DNA of 63,984 nt, the filler included, from Octopus bimaculoides (taxonomy: Eukaryota), in the NCBI RefSeq assembly GCF_001194135.2. It is 5 parts of 5 records of this genome, joined end to end, with 100 filler letters (N's around TTAATTAATTAA, not from the genome) between each part and the next. Parts side by side here need not be neighbours in the genome. Positions count along the whole stretch, not along the records: positions 50,362 to 59,164 come from NC_069001.1; positions 59,265 to 63,984 come from NC_068986.1; 3 more parts are not named here. The stretch is one strand, 5' to 3'. The notes under the pieces were generated by a model. That model was not told where the DNA came from. It did no database searches and saw only the letters and a list, made by a program, of their open reading frames with translations. Below, piece after piece: positions 51,336-63,984 of this stretch. The translations under genes and the position numbers were made by a program. How positions within the stretch are numbered: the first letter of the stretch is position 1; every line of letters starts with the position of its first letter.

Positions 51336-51975
51336 ATATATATATATATATATATATANNNNNNNNNNNNNNNNNNNNNNNNNNNNNNNNNNNNNNNNNN
51401 NNNNNNNNNNNNNNNNNNNNNNNNNNNNNNNNNNNNNNNNNNNNNNNNNNNNNNNNNNNNNNNNNNNNNNNNNNNNNNNNNNNNNNNNNNNNNNNNNNNN
51501 NNNNNNNNNNNNNNNNNNNNNNNNNNNNNNNNNNNNNNNNNNNNNNNNNNNNNNNNNNNNNNNNNNNNNNNNNNNNNNNNNNNNNNNNNNNNNNNNNNNN
51601 NNNNNNNNNNNNNNNNNNNNNNNNNNNNNNNNNNNNNNNNNNNNNNNNNNNNNNNNNNNNNNCATTTTCATATCTCCATTAAAAAAAAAATTCATAATAA
51701 TTTTGTTTATCACATGATGTTGCTGTCGTCGTTGTTGTTGCTACTGCTGTTGGTGGTGGTGGTGGTGGTGGTGGTGGTGGTGGTAGCATTGTTGTTGCCG
51801 CTAAATGTTGTTGTGAATGTTGTTTTGGTTTTATTTTTCCTGTCTGTGTGTCGTGCAGAAACTAAAGAGAAGAGATAAGACAGGCGAAAATGAAGCTCAC
51901 TTTCCATAAAGATTTTGGTCATTTCCTGGTTTTTGTTGGTTATAATCAGAAATAGGATATAATAATAATAACGAC

Positions 51976-52031
<56 letters not shown>

Positions 52032-52054
52032 CAATAATAATAATAATAATAATT

Positions 52055-52420
52055 GGGGGAACATCATAGCCATGTGTTGAGAGGAATTCTTTGGAATTTG
52101 AAAGATTCACCTCTGGAAACATAAGTGTTTCGTTCAGTATCCTTAAACAACCCTTATTCCCTTAAACAACCCTTATTCAGGGACCTTTTGAGCGAATGGT
52201 CTACTCGACCTGAAGAAAATTCTAACTGGGCCCCGCCATCAAGGTCATGCGCTGTTTATCTTGATATGAGATCACCATGTTGTACACATATGGTTGTGAA
52301 GCACGTTCCTGGTTTACCCTTATCAGACAGGTAGTCGCGATGAGTATCTTGGATGCCAGTATCACTTTTATGGCATGCACCGTTCCCTCACTCAATAATA
52401 ATAATAATAATAATAATATG
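52055..52420 (-). mobile_element. Dispersed repeat flanked by (AAT)n, inverted relative to 47373-47605
   Basis: GATATGAGATCACCATG, CTAACTGGGCCCC and TTATGGCATGCAC are reverse complements of motifs at 47390-47560. Confidence 0.75.
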
Positions 52421-52690
52421 AACAATATTTCGACATCTCGTGTGTCTTCTACAAGTTCAAAATAAACATCTCAATCTACTTCGTTTTGGTAATATTTAAC
52501 GGATTGATGTTACTCCTCCAGAAAGTAAAGAAACAACACGAAGAATATTGTTCATTCGATAACAGTCGCACTCTTCTTATTGTTTCTTTACTTTCTGGAG
52601 AAGTAACACCAATCCTTTGAATAATAATAATAATCCCTTCTACTAAAGGTACAAGGCCTATAATTTGGCTGAATTTGAACGCATATATAT

Positions 52691-52727
<37 letters not shown>

Positions 52728-52939
52728 GAGAATATATATATATGAAAATATGCATGTGTGTATGTGTGTGTATGTGTCTATGTGCATATGCGTGCATGTA
52801 TAAATGTGTGTGTATAAAAATATACGTATGTGTATATAAGAATATACACGTATGTGTATAAAAGAACAAATTGTGTGTGTATGTGTGTGTATGCATACAT
52901 ACAGACGTACAACATTCAAACACATACATACACACACAG

Positions 52940-52981
<42 letters not shown>

Positions 52982-53328
52982 CTCATACACACGCTCGCGC
53001 AATATAATAGAAACGAAAATAAAAATAAAGCGAGATCAAAGCAGAAAACATATATAATGGATAAATATTTCTGGGCATTAATGGCTTCTTTTTTTTTTTT
53101 TTCAATAGTTTGTCGTATTATGGTGAGCTGTGTACGTGAAGAAAGTGTTTGGTTCGAAAAGAAGATTAACAAGACGGCTATTCGCAGGAAATATACTGTT
53201 GCATTAAGTTTAAGCTGAATATTTTTACGCTAGAGTTTTATAGTGAACCGAAAATGCTTTGGTGAATATACACATTCACAGTAATTATTCCACTATAATA
53301 TATATGTATGTATGTATGTAAAATGTTT

Positions 53329-54611
53329 CTAAAAGAAGACATGACATTCTCATTGAGAAGACTTACTGCTCTATTTGCTACCACTGTATAAGGCTGATAT
53401 TTTCCCCCAAAGCTTTGCACATCGCCCCATTTGGCACAAATGTCTTTGATTAAAGAACTTAGGACACCCTCCTTTCCTTCTTTCTCCTCAAAAGACATTT
53501 CCTCAGTCAAAGTCTTTTGCTGTTCATTTCGAAGGTGTACGTGCTCTTCGATGGTAAGCTCAGTACGGTGGTCTCCCCCCAGCTCTTCAATATCTTCACT
53601 GACGACATCCAAGCCCATAGTTTTTCCCATAGAGACAATATCATCAACAATAGCAATTTTCTCAACAGCAGCAGTTCTTGTAGCAGTCTCAAACCCCTCA
53701 AAGTCTCGTTCTGGTACACAGTCTGGCCAAAGTTTCCTCCATACTGAATTCATAGTTCTGTAATTCACTTGGTTCCATGCATTATCAATAAGATTAACAC
53801 AATTCAGGATATTGAAATGACTTTTCCAAAATTCTCTGAGAATTAACTGAGTGTCATTAGTGATTTGGAAACACTTTCGAAACAGGGCTTTTATGTAAGG
53901 TTTCTTAAAGTTTGCAATGACCTGTTGGTCCGTTGGTTGTATTAGAGGAGTCGTGTTATGTGGCAGGTATTTGACCTGAATAAAATCAAACTCTTCAACT
54001 AAGTCATCTTCCAAACCTGGGGGATGAGCGGGAGCATTGTCTGACACGAGAAGGCATTTTAGAGGCAAGTTTTTTTCTTCATGAATCCACTCAATAAAAA
54101 TTATCTGGTTACCCAAGGCTTCGTATTAGCCCGCCACAGTGTTTCTTTTGAAAAACCCTCAGATTATCTGAATGGTAAACAAGCAATGGCTTGAGCTTGA
54201 AATCGCCTCTTGCGTTGCTGCATAGCAAAAGAGTGAGTCTATCTTTAATTGGCTTGTAGCCTGGCAACGCTTTTTCCTCCTCAGTAATACAGATCGTATT
54301 TGGCATTCGTTTCCAAAATAATCCTGTCTCATCCCCGTTAAACACCTGTTGGGGGGGGCAGATAACCTCCTTCCTTTATCAAATCACTAAACTCACTCAC
54401 AAATTTCTCAGCCACTTCCTTGTTTGAACTCGGCACCTCTCCATGCCTAATTACACTGTGTATTTCACTTCTCTTCTTAAATTTCTCGAACCAACCTCTA
54501 CTAGCTTTGAAGTCAAAAGTATCCCATTCAGCACTTGTACCAAGGATGTTCTTTACTAGATCATTATAAATTTCTAATGCTTTCTCACAAATAAATGCTT
54601 CGCTGATACTG
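53329..54611 (-). mobile_element. pogo/Tigger (TIGD1-like) transposase, frameshifted and internally deleted
   Basis: CENP-B HTH FKASRGWFEKFKKR, VFNGDETGLFWKRMP, KDRLTLLLCSNA, LLVSDNAPAHP, LPHNTTPLIQPTDQQVIANFK. Confidence 0.92.
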
Positions 54612-55495
54612 NNNNNNNNNNNNNNNNNNNNNNNNNNNNNNNNNNNNNNNNNNNNNNNNNNNNNNNNNNNNNNNNNNNNNNNNNNNNNNNNNNNNNNNNN
54701 NNNNNNNNNNNNNNNNNNNNNNNNNNNNNNNNNNNNNNNNNNNNNNNNNNNNNNNNNNNNNNNNNNNNNNNNNNNNNNNNNNNNNNNNNNNNNNNNNNNN
54801 NNNNNNNNNNNNNNNNNNNNNNNNNNNNNNNNNNNNNNNNNNNNNNNNNNNNNNNNNNNNNNNNNTATATATATATATATATATATGAATATATATATGT
54901 GTATATTTATACACACGCACACACATGTATGCATATATGTGTGTGTTTGTGTGTGTGTTGGGCAGTGGGCAAAATAGAAGACATCATGGAAGAAACAGGT
55001 TATATGGATATATTTGAGTAATTTTTTGTGATTGTGTGTATGAGTGTATGCATACACATTTTTTCTGCGCACACACACACACACGCACACATATATGTAT
55101 ATATATATATGTGTGTGTGTATATATATATATATATACTTACACGCATACGCACATCCATGTATGCAAACATTACAGTCATACATACATGCATACATGCA
55201 TACATACATAGATACATACATACATACATACACATACGTTTCCTTGCGTGCGTTCATGACATGATTGATAGCAGCCATGTTTGAAAGACGTCAAACTGTT
55301 AGTCTGGTAGCAATTACGTTATTCTATGTATCTATAATGTTTTATGTATTACAGCGTGTATAATAACGGTGAACTTCAATACGTATATATGCACTTGTGT
55401 GTCTGTCTCCATAGACATCTAGAAGATTCAGGGATGGGAGTGCGTCTTCATAAATGTACTTTTCTCTCATTCTCTTTTACTCTTTCCCTCTCCAT

Positions 55496-55539
<44 letters not shown>

Positions 55540-55983
55540 CTTTCTCTTTTTCTCTCTTTTTCTCTCTCTTTCTCTTGTTCTCGTATATGGTGCGACCAGC
55601 GAGGCATGAGTCCTCCTGTTCATCCTCTCTTTTTTTTTTCGTATATATATTTGTTATGCCGTCAAGTTCAAAGCAATGATGAAAAGCCTGTAATCTCCTT
55701 CATCTACTACATTAACTGGTTCTTCCCGTCTCTCTTTCTCTCCCTCTCTCTTTCCCTCTCTTTGTCCTTCAGTCACACACACATATTCACTTACACACAC
55801 ACCCACACATACCCACACAAACACCTATTCTGTTTTCCACTAACCCGCTTCATTATCTGGAATAACGCAAAGATGCACACAAACGACAATTTATTTGGTA
55901 CATATGGATGTGTGTCTCTGGGCATGTGTGTGTGTGTGTAAGTATGTATGTAAGTATGCATATACATATAGTTATGTATGTAG

Positions 55984-56033
<50 letters not shown>

Positions 56034-57319
56034 GTATGTATGTAAGTATGCATATATACATATATATATATATATATATAGTTATGTATGCAGATATGTG
56101 TGTATATATATGTGTGCATGTATGTAAGTACATGTAAGTTTGTATGCATGTATTTAGGTATGTATATATGTATATATATGTATATATGTGTGTATATATA
56201 TATATATGTGTGTATATATATATGTGTATATATATATGTGTGTATATATATGTGTGTATATNNNNNNNNNNNNNNNNNNNNNNNNNNNNNNNNNNNNNNN
56301 NNNNNNNNNNNNNNNNNNNNNNNNNNNNNNNNNNNNNNNNNNNNNNNNNNNNNNNNNNNNNNNNNNNNNNNNNNNNNNNNNNNNNNNNNNNNNNNNNNNN
56401 NNNNNNNNNNNNNNNNNNNNNNNNNNNNNNNNNNNNNNNNNNNNNNNNNNNNNNNNNNNNNNNNNNNNNNNNNNNNNNNNNNNNNNNNNNNNNNNNNNNN
56501 NNNNNNNNNNNNNNNNNNNNNNNNNNNNNNNNNNNNNNNNNNNNNNNNNNNNNNNNNNNNNNNNNNNNNNNNNNNNNNNNNNNNNNNNNNNNNNNNNNNN
56601 NNNNNNNNNNNNNNNNNNNNNNNNNNNNNNNNNNNNNNNNNNNNNNNNNNNNNNNNNNNNNNNNNNNNNNNNNNNNNNNNNNNNNNNNNNNNNNNNNNNN
56701 NNNNNNNNNNNNNNNNNNNNNNNNNNNNNNNNNNNNNNNNNNNNNNNNNNNNNNNNNNNNNNNNNNNNNNNNNNNNNNNNNNNNNNNNNNNNNNNNNNNN
56801 NNNNNNNNNNNNNCGTATGTATTTGTGTGTGTGTGTGTGCGTAGTCTTTACTCTTTGGCTCTTTTATTTGTTTGTCATTTGACTGCGACCATGATGGAGC
56901 ACCACCTTTAGTCGAAAACATGGACCCCAGGACTTATTCTTTGTAAGCCTAGTACTAAATCTATCGTTCTTTTTTGCCGAACCGCTAAGTTACGGGAACG
57001 TAGACACACCAACATCGATACATTGATACCCATTCCATCCACACCCCCACCCCCACACACCATCCACACACCCACACACACACACATCCATAGGTCAAAG
57101 TCACTAGCCCCTGTCCACACACATACACACTTTCACACTCTCACATACACAACGCACGCGCATCTTCCTTTTGGGATCACCAGTACTTTATTATCTCCCT
57201 TTCTTCCTAGCTCTCCCGTCAAACTATTTTTTCCCAAACAGTCGCCATGATTGATCGCTAAATCTACAAGTTTTTTTTATTCTCTCTCCCCCACCCCTCT
57301 CTCTCTGTTTATTTCTTCA

Positions 57320-57440
57320 TATTCCTTTCTGTTGAAGAGCGTAGGCTAGAAACATAAAAGACTTTCTCACTTTCCCGAGCGTCAAACTTATGCTTGTTGT
57401 TCATACACCTGTCTTCGTCTTTTGCTTTTCTGTAAATTTC
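57320..57440 (+). mobile_element. Penelope-like terminus with degenerate hammerhead motif (same family as 1260-1375)
   Basis: CTTT-CTGTTGA-A-GAGC-GTAG-GCTA-GAAA-CA-T-A-AAAG followed by ACTTTCTCACTTTCCCGAGCGT...ACACCTGTCTT. Confidence 0.5.
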
Positions 57441-57521
57441 AACTATACATGTATGTATGTATGTATGTATGTATGTATGTATGTATGTATGTATGGATGG
57501 ATGCATGCATGTATGTATACA

Positions 57522-58083
57522 CACGGTGTGTTCGGGTTAAATTTGACAGTTTGCATACAAAAAGAAAACAATACCTCATCCAAAAATTCGAATCTGTGTC
57601 ACATCTTGCAGCCTTCACTGTACTCACAGAACACTGTGCATCAGTCATGATTTCGGCATTTTGATACCCGGTGCGAATCATAGTGATACACGTACCTCTT
57701 TTCTAATAATGGTTTAAAATTTTGGGCACAAGGCCAGAAATTTCGAGGAAGAGGATAAATCGATTACAACTGCTACTTATTTTACCGACTCCGAAACGGA
57801 TGAAAGGCAAAGTCGACCTCGGCGGAATTTGAACTCAGAACATAAAGACGGACGAAATGTCCCTAAGCATTTTGTCCGGCGTTGCTAACGGTTCTGCTAC
57901 CTCGCTGTATTATCTCTTTTCTAATATTCAGATGGTTTCCACTCCTCCATGTCAGCTAACTTTTTCTTAACTACAAATTTAGCCTTTATGCTCTCCAACG
58001 CCGTTGACTGTTCCCCAACACAGGAAGCTGTTTCTGAAAAATGGGTTACAAAATATCGTCAAATTTAGCTCGAATACTCTGTG
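57522..58083. mobile_element. Non-autonomous Tc1/mariner-type element (TA site, 27-bp imperfect TIRs) containing a nested SINE
   Basis: CACGGTGTGTTCGGGTTAAATTTGACA versus rc CACAGAGTATTCGAGCTAAATTTGACG (21/27). Confidence 0.7.
57709..57913 (-). mobile_element. SINE B with 13-bp TSD
   Basis: CTCTTTTCTAATA at 57696-57708 and 57914-57926. Confidence 0.9.
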
Positions 58084-58173
58084 TACGCATGAGTGTGTGT
58101 GAGTGTGTGTGTATGTATGTACATACATACGTTCACATATGTATATGTGTGTACATACATACGTACACATATG

Positions 58174-58206
<33 letters not shown>

Positions 58207-58305
58207 ACATAAATACGTGCACGTATGTATATATATGTGTGCGTGTGTATACATACGTACACATATGTAGATATGTACGTGTGTGTACATACATACGTGC
58301 ACATA

Positions 58306-58350
<45 letters not shown>

Positions 58351-59032
58351 GTGTGTGTACATGCATACGTGTTTGTGTGCGTGGGTGCTTAGTAGTGTAG
58401 TCGTGTCTCTGTGTGCGCATGTGTGTGTGTGTGTGTGTGTGTGCTCGCGTGCGTGCGAACGTGTTTATGGTCGTGCGGGCGTGTGTGCGCGTGTACGTAT
58501 GTATAAACGTCTCTGTTGTCTTTTTTATTTCTCATAAATCTTCGCACGTCGTCATTGCTGTCGACGTAGCTGGCATCTGTGTGAAATCAAAGACAAACAA
58601 CCATCACCTCCGCATCTTTATTTCCTCATCAAAAGAATCTGCTGCTTCTCTAACACAGCCATGGAATCTTTCCTTTGGCCGTCGCAGAATCCTTCACACC
58701 ATGTGACCATCGTTTCAGCTATGGCACGCCATACAATATTTCGATAAATCATTCCATTGCGGCAACACGCGCGCGCACACACACACACGTACACACATAC
58801 TAAAATGGCATGCGCACATATACACACAAATACACACCCACATACGTATACACGCAAATACGCGCGCATATAGACACACACACATACACATACATATGTA
58901 TACACATGTACATGCCCATGCACACACACACACATACACTAAAAATCACATACACACATATAACTACGTACATGCGCATAAACAGACGCAAAAACACCTA
59001 CAGATGTGTGTGTATATATATATATATATATA

Positions 59033-59123
59033 CTAGCAGAAATACCCGGCGTTGCCCGGGTTAAAGAGAATAATGAAATCTAAAAACGCCGTCTAGACTA
59101 CGCATCATCTTTATATATAGAGA
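59033..59123 (-). mobile_element. Miniature non-autonomous Helitron (91 bp)
   Basis: Minus: A|TCTCTATATATAAAG ... ACCCGG-GCAACG-CCGGGT-ATTTCTG-CTAG|T: 5' TC, subterminal hairpin, 3' CTAG, A/T insertion site, no TSD. Confidence 0.8.
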
Positions 59124-59264
59124 TGTATATACACACACGCACCCAAACACACGTATATATATGTNNNNNNNNNNNNNNNNNNNNNNNNNNNNNNNNNNNN
59201 NNNNNNNNTTAATTAATTAANNNNNNNNNNNNNNNNNNNNNNNNNNNNNNNNNNNNNNNNNNNN

Positions 59265-59307
<43 letters not shown>

Positions 59308-60139
59308 CACACACACACACATCCACACAAGATGGTTTTCTTTCAGTTTCTGTCTACCAAACCTATTCATAAAGCCTTAGTTGGCTTGGTGCTATAATAG
59401 AAGATACATGCCCAAGGTGCCACAAACTGAACCCAAACCCATACAACTAAGAAGCAAACTTCTTAAACCACTCAGCCATGCCTAAATATTTTGAATATCT
59501 GAACAGGTCTCAAATGAATTCTAATGATGACAATACCAACTTTTATTCAGGCATCATATATTCAATTCTACATTGTCTGATGAAGTCTTATATATAATCT
59601 TTTATTAAGGTGGAAGGGTGTGATTTAAGGGAAATTTGGGTACTCTTTCTTGGCAGTTGATGCACATCTTGTTTCATACTTATGGTATTGACTGTTTTCT
59701 ACCAATTAATGCCATAAGCTAGATTTCTTACATTAAACACTTTTATCTATTTATTTATTTATCTACTTTGCTCGGTGATTCATTGACTAGCCAATGGTTG
59801 CTATGTTCATATTCAGACAGCAACGAACTGAAGTTGTTCTTTCTAATTAGTTACAACATCCTATGGTAGCTATGTATATCTTAAGAAGACTATTCTGTTT
59901 ACGAGTTAAGAGTACAGTACATGTGATAAAATTAAAATTGATCTTTCTGCTATAGGTCAACAAACTCTTAACGCATCAAGCTGGAATCGTCAGTGATGCA
60001 GTATACAGTATTTTAAATATAAACTGTTCAATTGAATAAGCAATGCATTTGACATTCAGCACATTCTATTTCCGTTCCCATGGTAAGACACTGTGTAAAC
60101 ACTGATACAAATTTATATGATCAGAAAATATAAGCTTTC

Positions 60140-60470
60140 TTTCTCAAGTCTTTCCTCGATTATGTTTTGCTGATGTAGAGCTGAGGTGAACAAGAACTAT
60201 AGGGTCAGTGACATCACTTGAATGGCCAAAGGGCCTTGCCAGGAGAGGAGTGAGGGAGGTTATGTGAGTGGCAGTATGACTAGCTAGGGCTTCTTTTGCT
60301 GTGGGTCCGTCATTCTTGATGGACATGTTGGCTGCTTGAGTTGAGAGAATTTACTTTTGGGTTCTGGCCAGAAGTTAGGTGAGTAGGGCTCCTTTGGATA
60401 TATCCCAGTTGGAAAGGATTGACTTTAAGAGAGGACCCACAAAGTAGGTGGACTGTGCATTTTTTCCCAT
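60140..60470 (-). mobile_element. Possible non-LTR (I/Nimb-like) RNase H-region remnant
   Basis: Minus ...ANMSIKNDGPTAKEAL... loosely resembles HxGIxGNExADxxAKEAL; in-frame stops present. Confidence 0.25.
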
Positions 60471-61074
60471 ACCACAGCTAAAATGCTCTGCATATATTTT
60501 CTCTTCTGTGACCACTTCCAATGAAACATGATGTTAAGGACCTAAGGAAGGGTTTGCTCACTTCACAGCAGAGTAAACAACAACACATATGATGACTTTA
60601 GAAGGAGGATGGACATTTTCAAACAATTTATTAATGGCTGTTTAAATAAATGATTTATTTTGATGAAGAGCAAAAGCAATTAGTGAATTAGTTGGGCATC
60701 AGATTTGTTGGTAAATGTATGCTGGACAGATATAGATGATGTAGTTGTTGATACATTGATGTTTGAAGGTACCTGCTGTTGATGAGAGGAAGAGGTAAGG
60801 TCAAATCTGAAAATATTGCTCATCACAGTCAAGTAAATGCTGTTCCAAAATTACAAAGGAATTGCCTGTTTTGCAGACTCATCTAACTCATAAAATATGG
60901 GGGGAAAAACGGAGCATGTAAAGATGATGCTAATGGTAGTGACACTGTTGGTGCGGATAATATTTATAGATAATTACACATACATGTGTATCATCATTAT
61001 TATCATTGTTATCATCATTACCATCATGTCAATCACCGCCACTACCACTGACCCCACCACAGTCATCGTCATCA

Positions 61075-61620
61075 TCATTATAAGTAGCCATCTTTCCCGT
61101 TTCCTAGTGAGGACATAATCAATTTGACTAGTGCATCCACCAGATCAGTAGGTGAATAGGTGGCTGGCAGGTTTCCTGAAGTTAGTATTACAAACCATAA
61201 GATCATTTGCATCAGAGAACTCCAGCAGCCTGATCCCCTCCTCATTGCAGGAGCCAAAACCATAGCCTCCATGTATGCCATGGAAGCCCCCTGCATGTTG
61301 GCCAAAATGCCCATTGAAGTCGCCAGCTACAAAGAGAAGGTCCCTGTCATTCATCGACAAGGTAGTCTGCAAGAGGGTGTCATAAAATTGGCCTTTCTGT
61401 TCATCAGGTAGCTCCAACTGAGGGGCATAGGTCGGAATAATGGTTGCTAAACCATGTTGCAGCACTAATCTAATCTTAAGTATTCTATCACAGATTCTGA
61501 CTACACCGATTACCTTATCAATCCATTTCTCTGCAAGAAGTATTCCCATGCTCCCAACCCGTCAGTGTTCCCTGCCTAGAAAATCTTATACGTATGTTCT
61601 TTGCCTGTGAGGAACCTAGC
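61075..61620 (-). mobile_element. RTE LINE endonuclease fragment
   Basis: GILLAEKWIDKV..DRILKIRLVL..TYAPQ..FVAGDFNGH..GGYGFGSCNEEGIRLLEF..NTNFRK, then SQIDYVL. Confidence 0.92.
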
Positions 61621-62514
61621 AGAACTTCCTCTCCACCTTACTTCTCGGATGCAGCACAAATGTACATGTCTCTGTTCAAACATGGTAAATATATATTCTT
61701 GGATACTTCTTAATTGTGATAAAAATGAAATAAACTATTTCAACAACTTTGACTAACATCCTGTTTGTAGCTACCAACCAATTATCTATTTATCTATTTA
61801 TTTTATTATTATTATCATCATTAGTGAATAATATCATCATTAGTTGAATATTTCCAATGGACCAATCATTGGTTTACCAGCAAGAATAACAAGGGAAAGT
61901 TTGTTACTCAATATGTTTTATTCAAAGAACTCCTGTTTTTTGCTGGTCTTTATGCCTATTGTACATATATGCATATATACATGCATACACACACACACAC
62001 GTGCGCACACACAGATCCATACAGTGGAAGTCAGTTATTGTATCTGTGGACAATGCTATCAAAATGAGTGGGTTTCAAACACCCCCAGAATATTCTAACA
62101 TCCTCTGCTTTATGTAATCAACTACCAGTAATTGTTATCTAAATGACACTCTGTCCCAAAATGATCACAATATATAACTTCTATCTATCTATCTATCTAT
62201 ATAAATTGGAAACGTAAAAATATAAACAAAACACAAAGGATTCTGCGGTACACGTATTTCAAGCTTTATAGTTGTTGCATCATTATTGGTATATAATTGA
62301 TAGTATAAAGCTATCTTCAGCCGCAAATATATTCTTTCTCGAGATTGACGCCCTCCTTCTAGCTAATATAAGCTAGTATTGTTTATTTAGCATTCACTCT
62401 ACACTGAATTGTGGCACAATATGGACAGATTTCGGAGTACCGATGAACTTTTATGTAAATATATGAAATTAAAGATACTACGAGGTATATTACAATGGAC
62501 AATACCAAGTGGAC

Positions 62515-62661
62515 TTTCACCTTTTATCTCTCATGTTTCTCCTTCTTTTAATTTCTATCGTCAATATCGTCACGCCTCCTTCCTTTAAACGGGAAGGAAG
62601 AGCTGTATTTATCGTACTTGTGGCTATGGCGAAAGAATGCATCTGGTGGACGCGTCTGAAA
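62515..62661 (+). mobile_element. Probable Tx1/L1-clade LINE C-terminal fragment running into gap
   Basis: IVNIVTPPSFKREGRAVFIVLVAMAKECIWWTRLK resembles the post-zinc-finger AK..IW..R region of L1/Tx1 ORF2. Confidence 0.45.
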
Positions 62662-63483
62662 NNNNNNNNNNNNNNNNNNNNNNNNNNNNNNNNNNNNNNN
62701 NNNNNNNNNNNNNNNNNNNNNNNNNNNNNNNNNNNNNNNNNNNNNNNNNNNNNNNNNNNNNNNNNNNNNNNNNNNNNNNNNNNNNNNNNNNNNNNNNNNN
62801 NNNNNNNNNNNNNNNNNNNNNNNNNNNNNNNNNNNNNNNNNNNNNNNNNNNNNNNNNNNNNNNNNNNNNNNNNNNNNNNNNNNNNNNNNNNNNNNNNNNN
62901 NNNNNNNNNNNNNNNNNNNNNNNNNNNNNNNNNNNNNNNNNNNNNNNNNNNNNNNNNNNNNNNNNNNNNNNNNNNNNNNNNNNNNNNNNNNNNNNNNNNN
63001 NNNNNNNNNNNNNNNNNNNNNNNNNNNNNNNNNNNNNNNNNNNNNNNNNNNNNNNNNNNNNNNNNNNNNNNNNNNNNNNNNNNNNNNNNNNNNNNNNNNN
63101 NNNNNNNNNNNNNNNNNNNNNNNNNNNNNNNNNNNNNNNNNNNNNNNNNNNNNNNNNNNNNNNNNNNNNNNNNNNNNNNNNNNNNNNNNNNNNNNNNNNN
63201 NNNNNNNNNNNNNNNNNNNNNNNNNNNNNNNNNNNNNNNNNNNNNNNNNNNNNNNNNNNNNNNNNNNNNNNNNNNNNNNNNNNNNNNNNNNNNNNNNNNN
63301 NNNNNNNNNNNNNNNNNNNNNNNNNNNNNNNNNNNNNNNNNNNNNNNNNNNNNNNNNNNNNNNNNNNNNNNNNNNNNNNNNNNNNNNNNNNNNNNNNNNN
63401 NNNNNNNNNNNNNNNNNNNNNNNNNNNNNNNNNNNNNNNNNNNNNNNNNNNNNNNNNNNNNNNNNNNNNNNNNNNNNNNNNNN

Positions 63484-63542
<59 letters not shown>

Positions 63543-63677
63543 CACATACACATTGCATAGAGTACTTTTTATGAGTTAAAAATACCTTGGCTGTATGATT
63601 AAATATACATACATTATTATCATTGTTGTCGTTGTTATTGTTGTTGCTATTGTTGTTGTTGCTATTATCATGAATGA

Positions 63678-63877
63678 GGTGGTGAGCTGACAGAGTCATG
63701 AGCACACCAGACACAATACTTCGTGGCATTTTGTGTGTCTTTACGTTCTGAGTTCAAAAGACTTTGCCTACCATCCTTTTGGGGTTGATAAAGTAAGTAA
63801 CAGTTGAGCACTAGAGTTGATGTAATCGATTTAACCCCTCCCATCAAATTTCAGGCCTTGTGCCAATCGTAGAAAAG

Positions 63878-63878
<1 letters not shown>
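63678..63878 (+). mobile_element. SINE family B followed by (ATT)n
   Basis: GAGGTGGTGAGCTGACAGAGTC ... GAGTTCAAA ... GGCCTTGTGCCAAT. Confidence 0.85.
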
Positions 63879-63949
<71 letters not shown>

Positions 63950-63984
63950 TAGTTTTATTTTTATAACGTGCTTTCACTTCACTA

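Noticed and set aside
62180-62380. Possible second Helitron (TCTATATAAA ... AGCTAGT)
   Set aside because: The 3' hairpin overlaps the CTAG, is AT-rich and lacks the canonical spacing.

Overview
Eukaryotic, AT-rich, microsatellite- and transposon-saturated draft scaffold with roughly 7 kb of N gaps. The SINE/RTE/Penelope complement and assembly style suggest an octopus genome (inference, not verified). One host gene is supportable: three spliced + strand exons (37799-37932, 38737-38914, 40818-41086) that join in frame into a complete PARP14/15-like catalytic domain with an H-Y-I (mono-ADP-ribosyltransferase) triad; its 5' exons were not found. Features the ORF track misses: (1) a canonical type I hammerhead ribozyme on the minus strand at 30701-30759, plus four degenerate minimal hammerhead-like motifs (three on Penelope-like termini); (2) an intron-retaining two-exon RBBP4/7 (CAF1-p55) pseudogene fragment at 14546-14752; (3) a 91-bp mini-Helitron and a TTAA piggyBac MITE. 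The rest is decayed mariner, maT, Tc1, Tigger, piggyBac, RTE, R4, Tx1 and Penelope fragments and at least four tRNA-derived SINE families (labelled A-D here for convenience) with swapped tails and inverted clusters. Most long ORFs in the track are N-run or microsatellite artefacts. Repeat boundaries are approximate unless a TSD or TIR is quoted.
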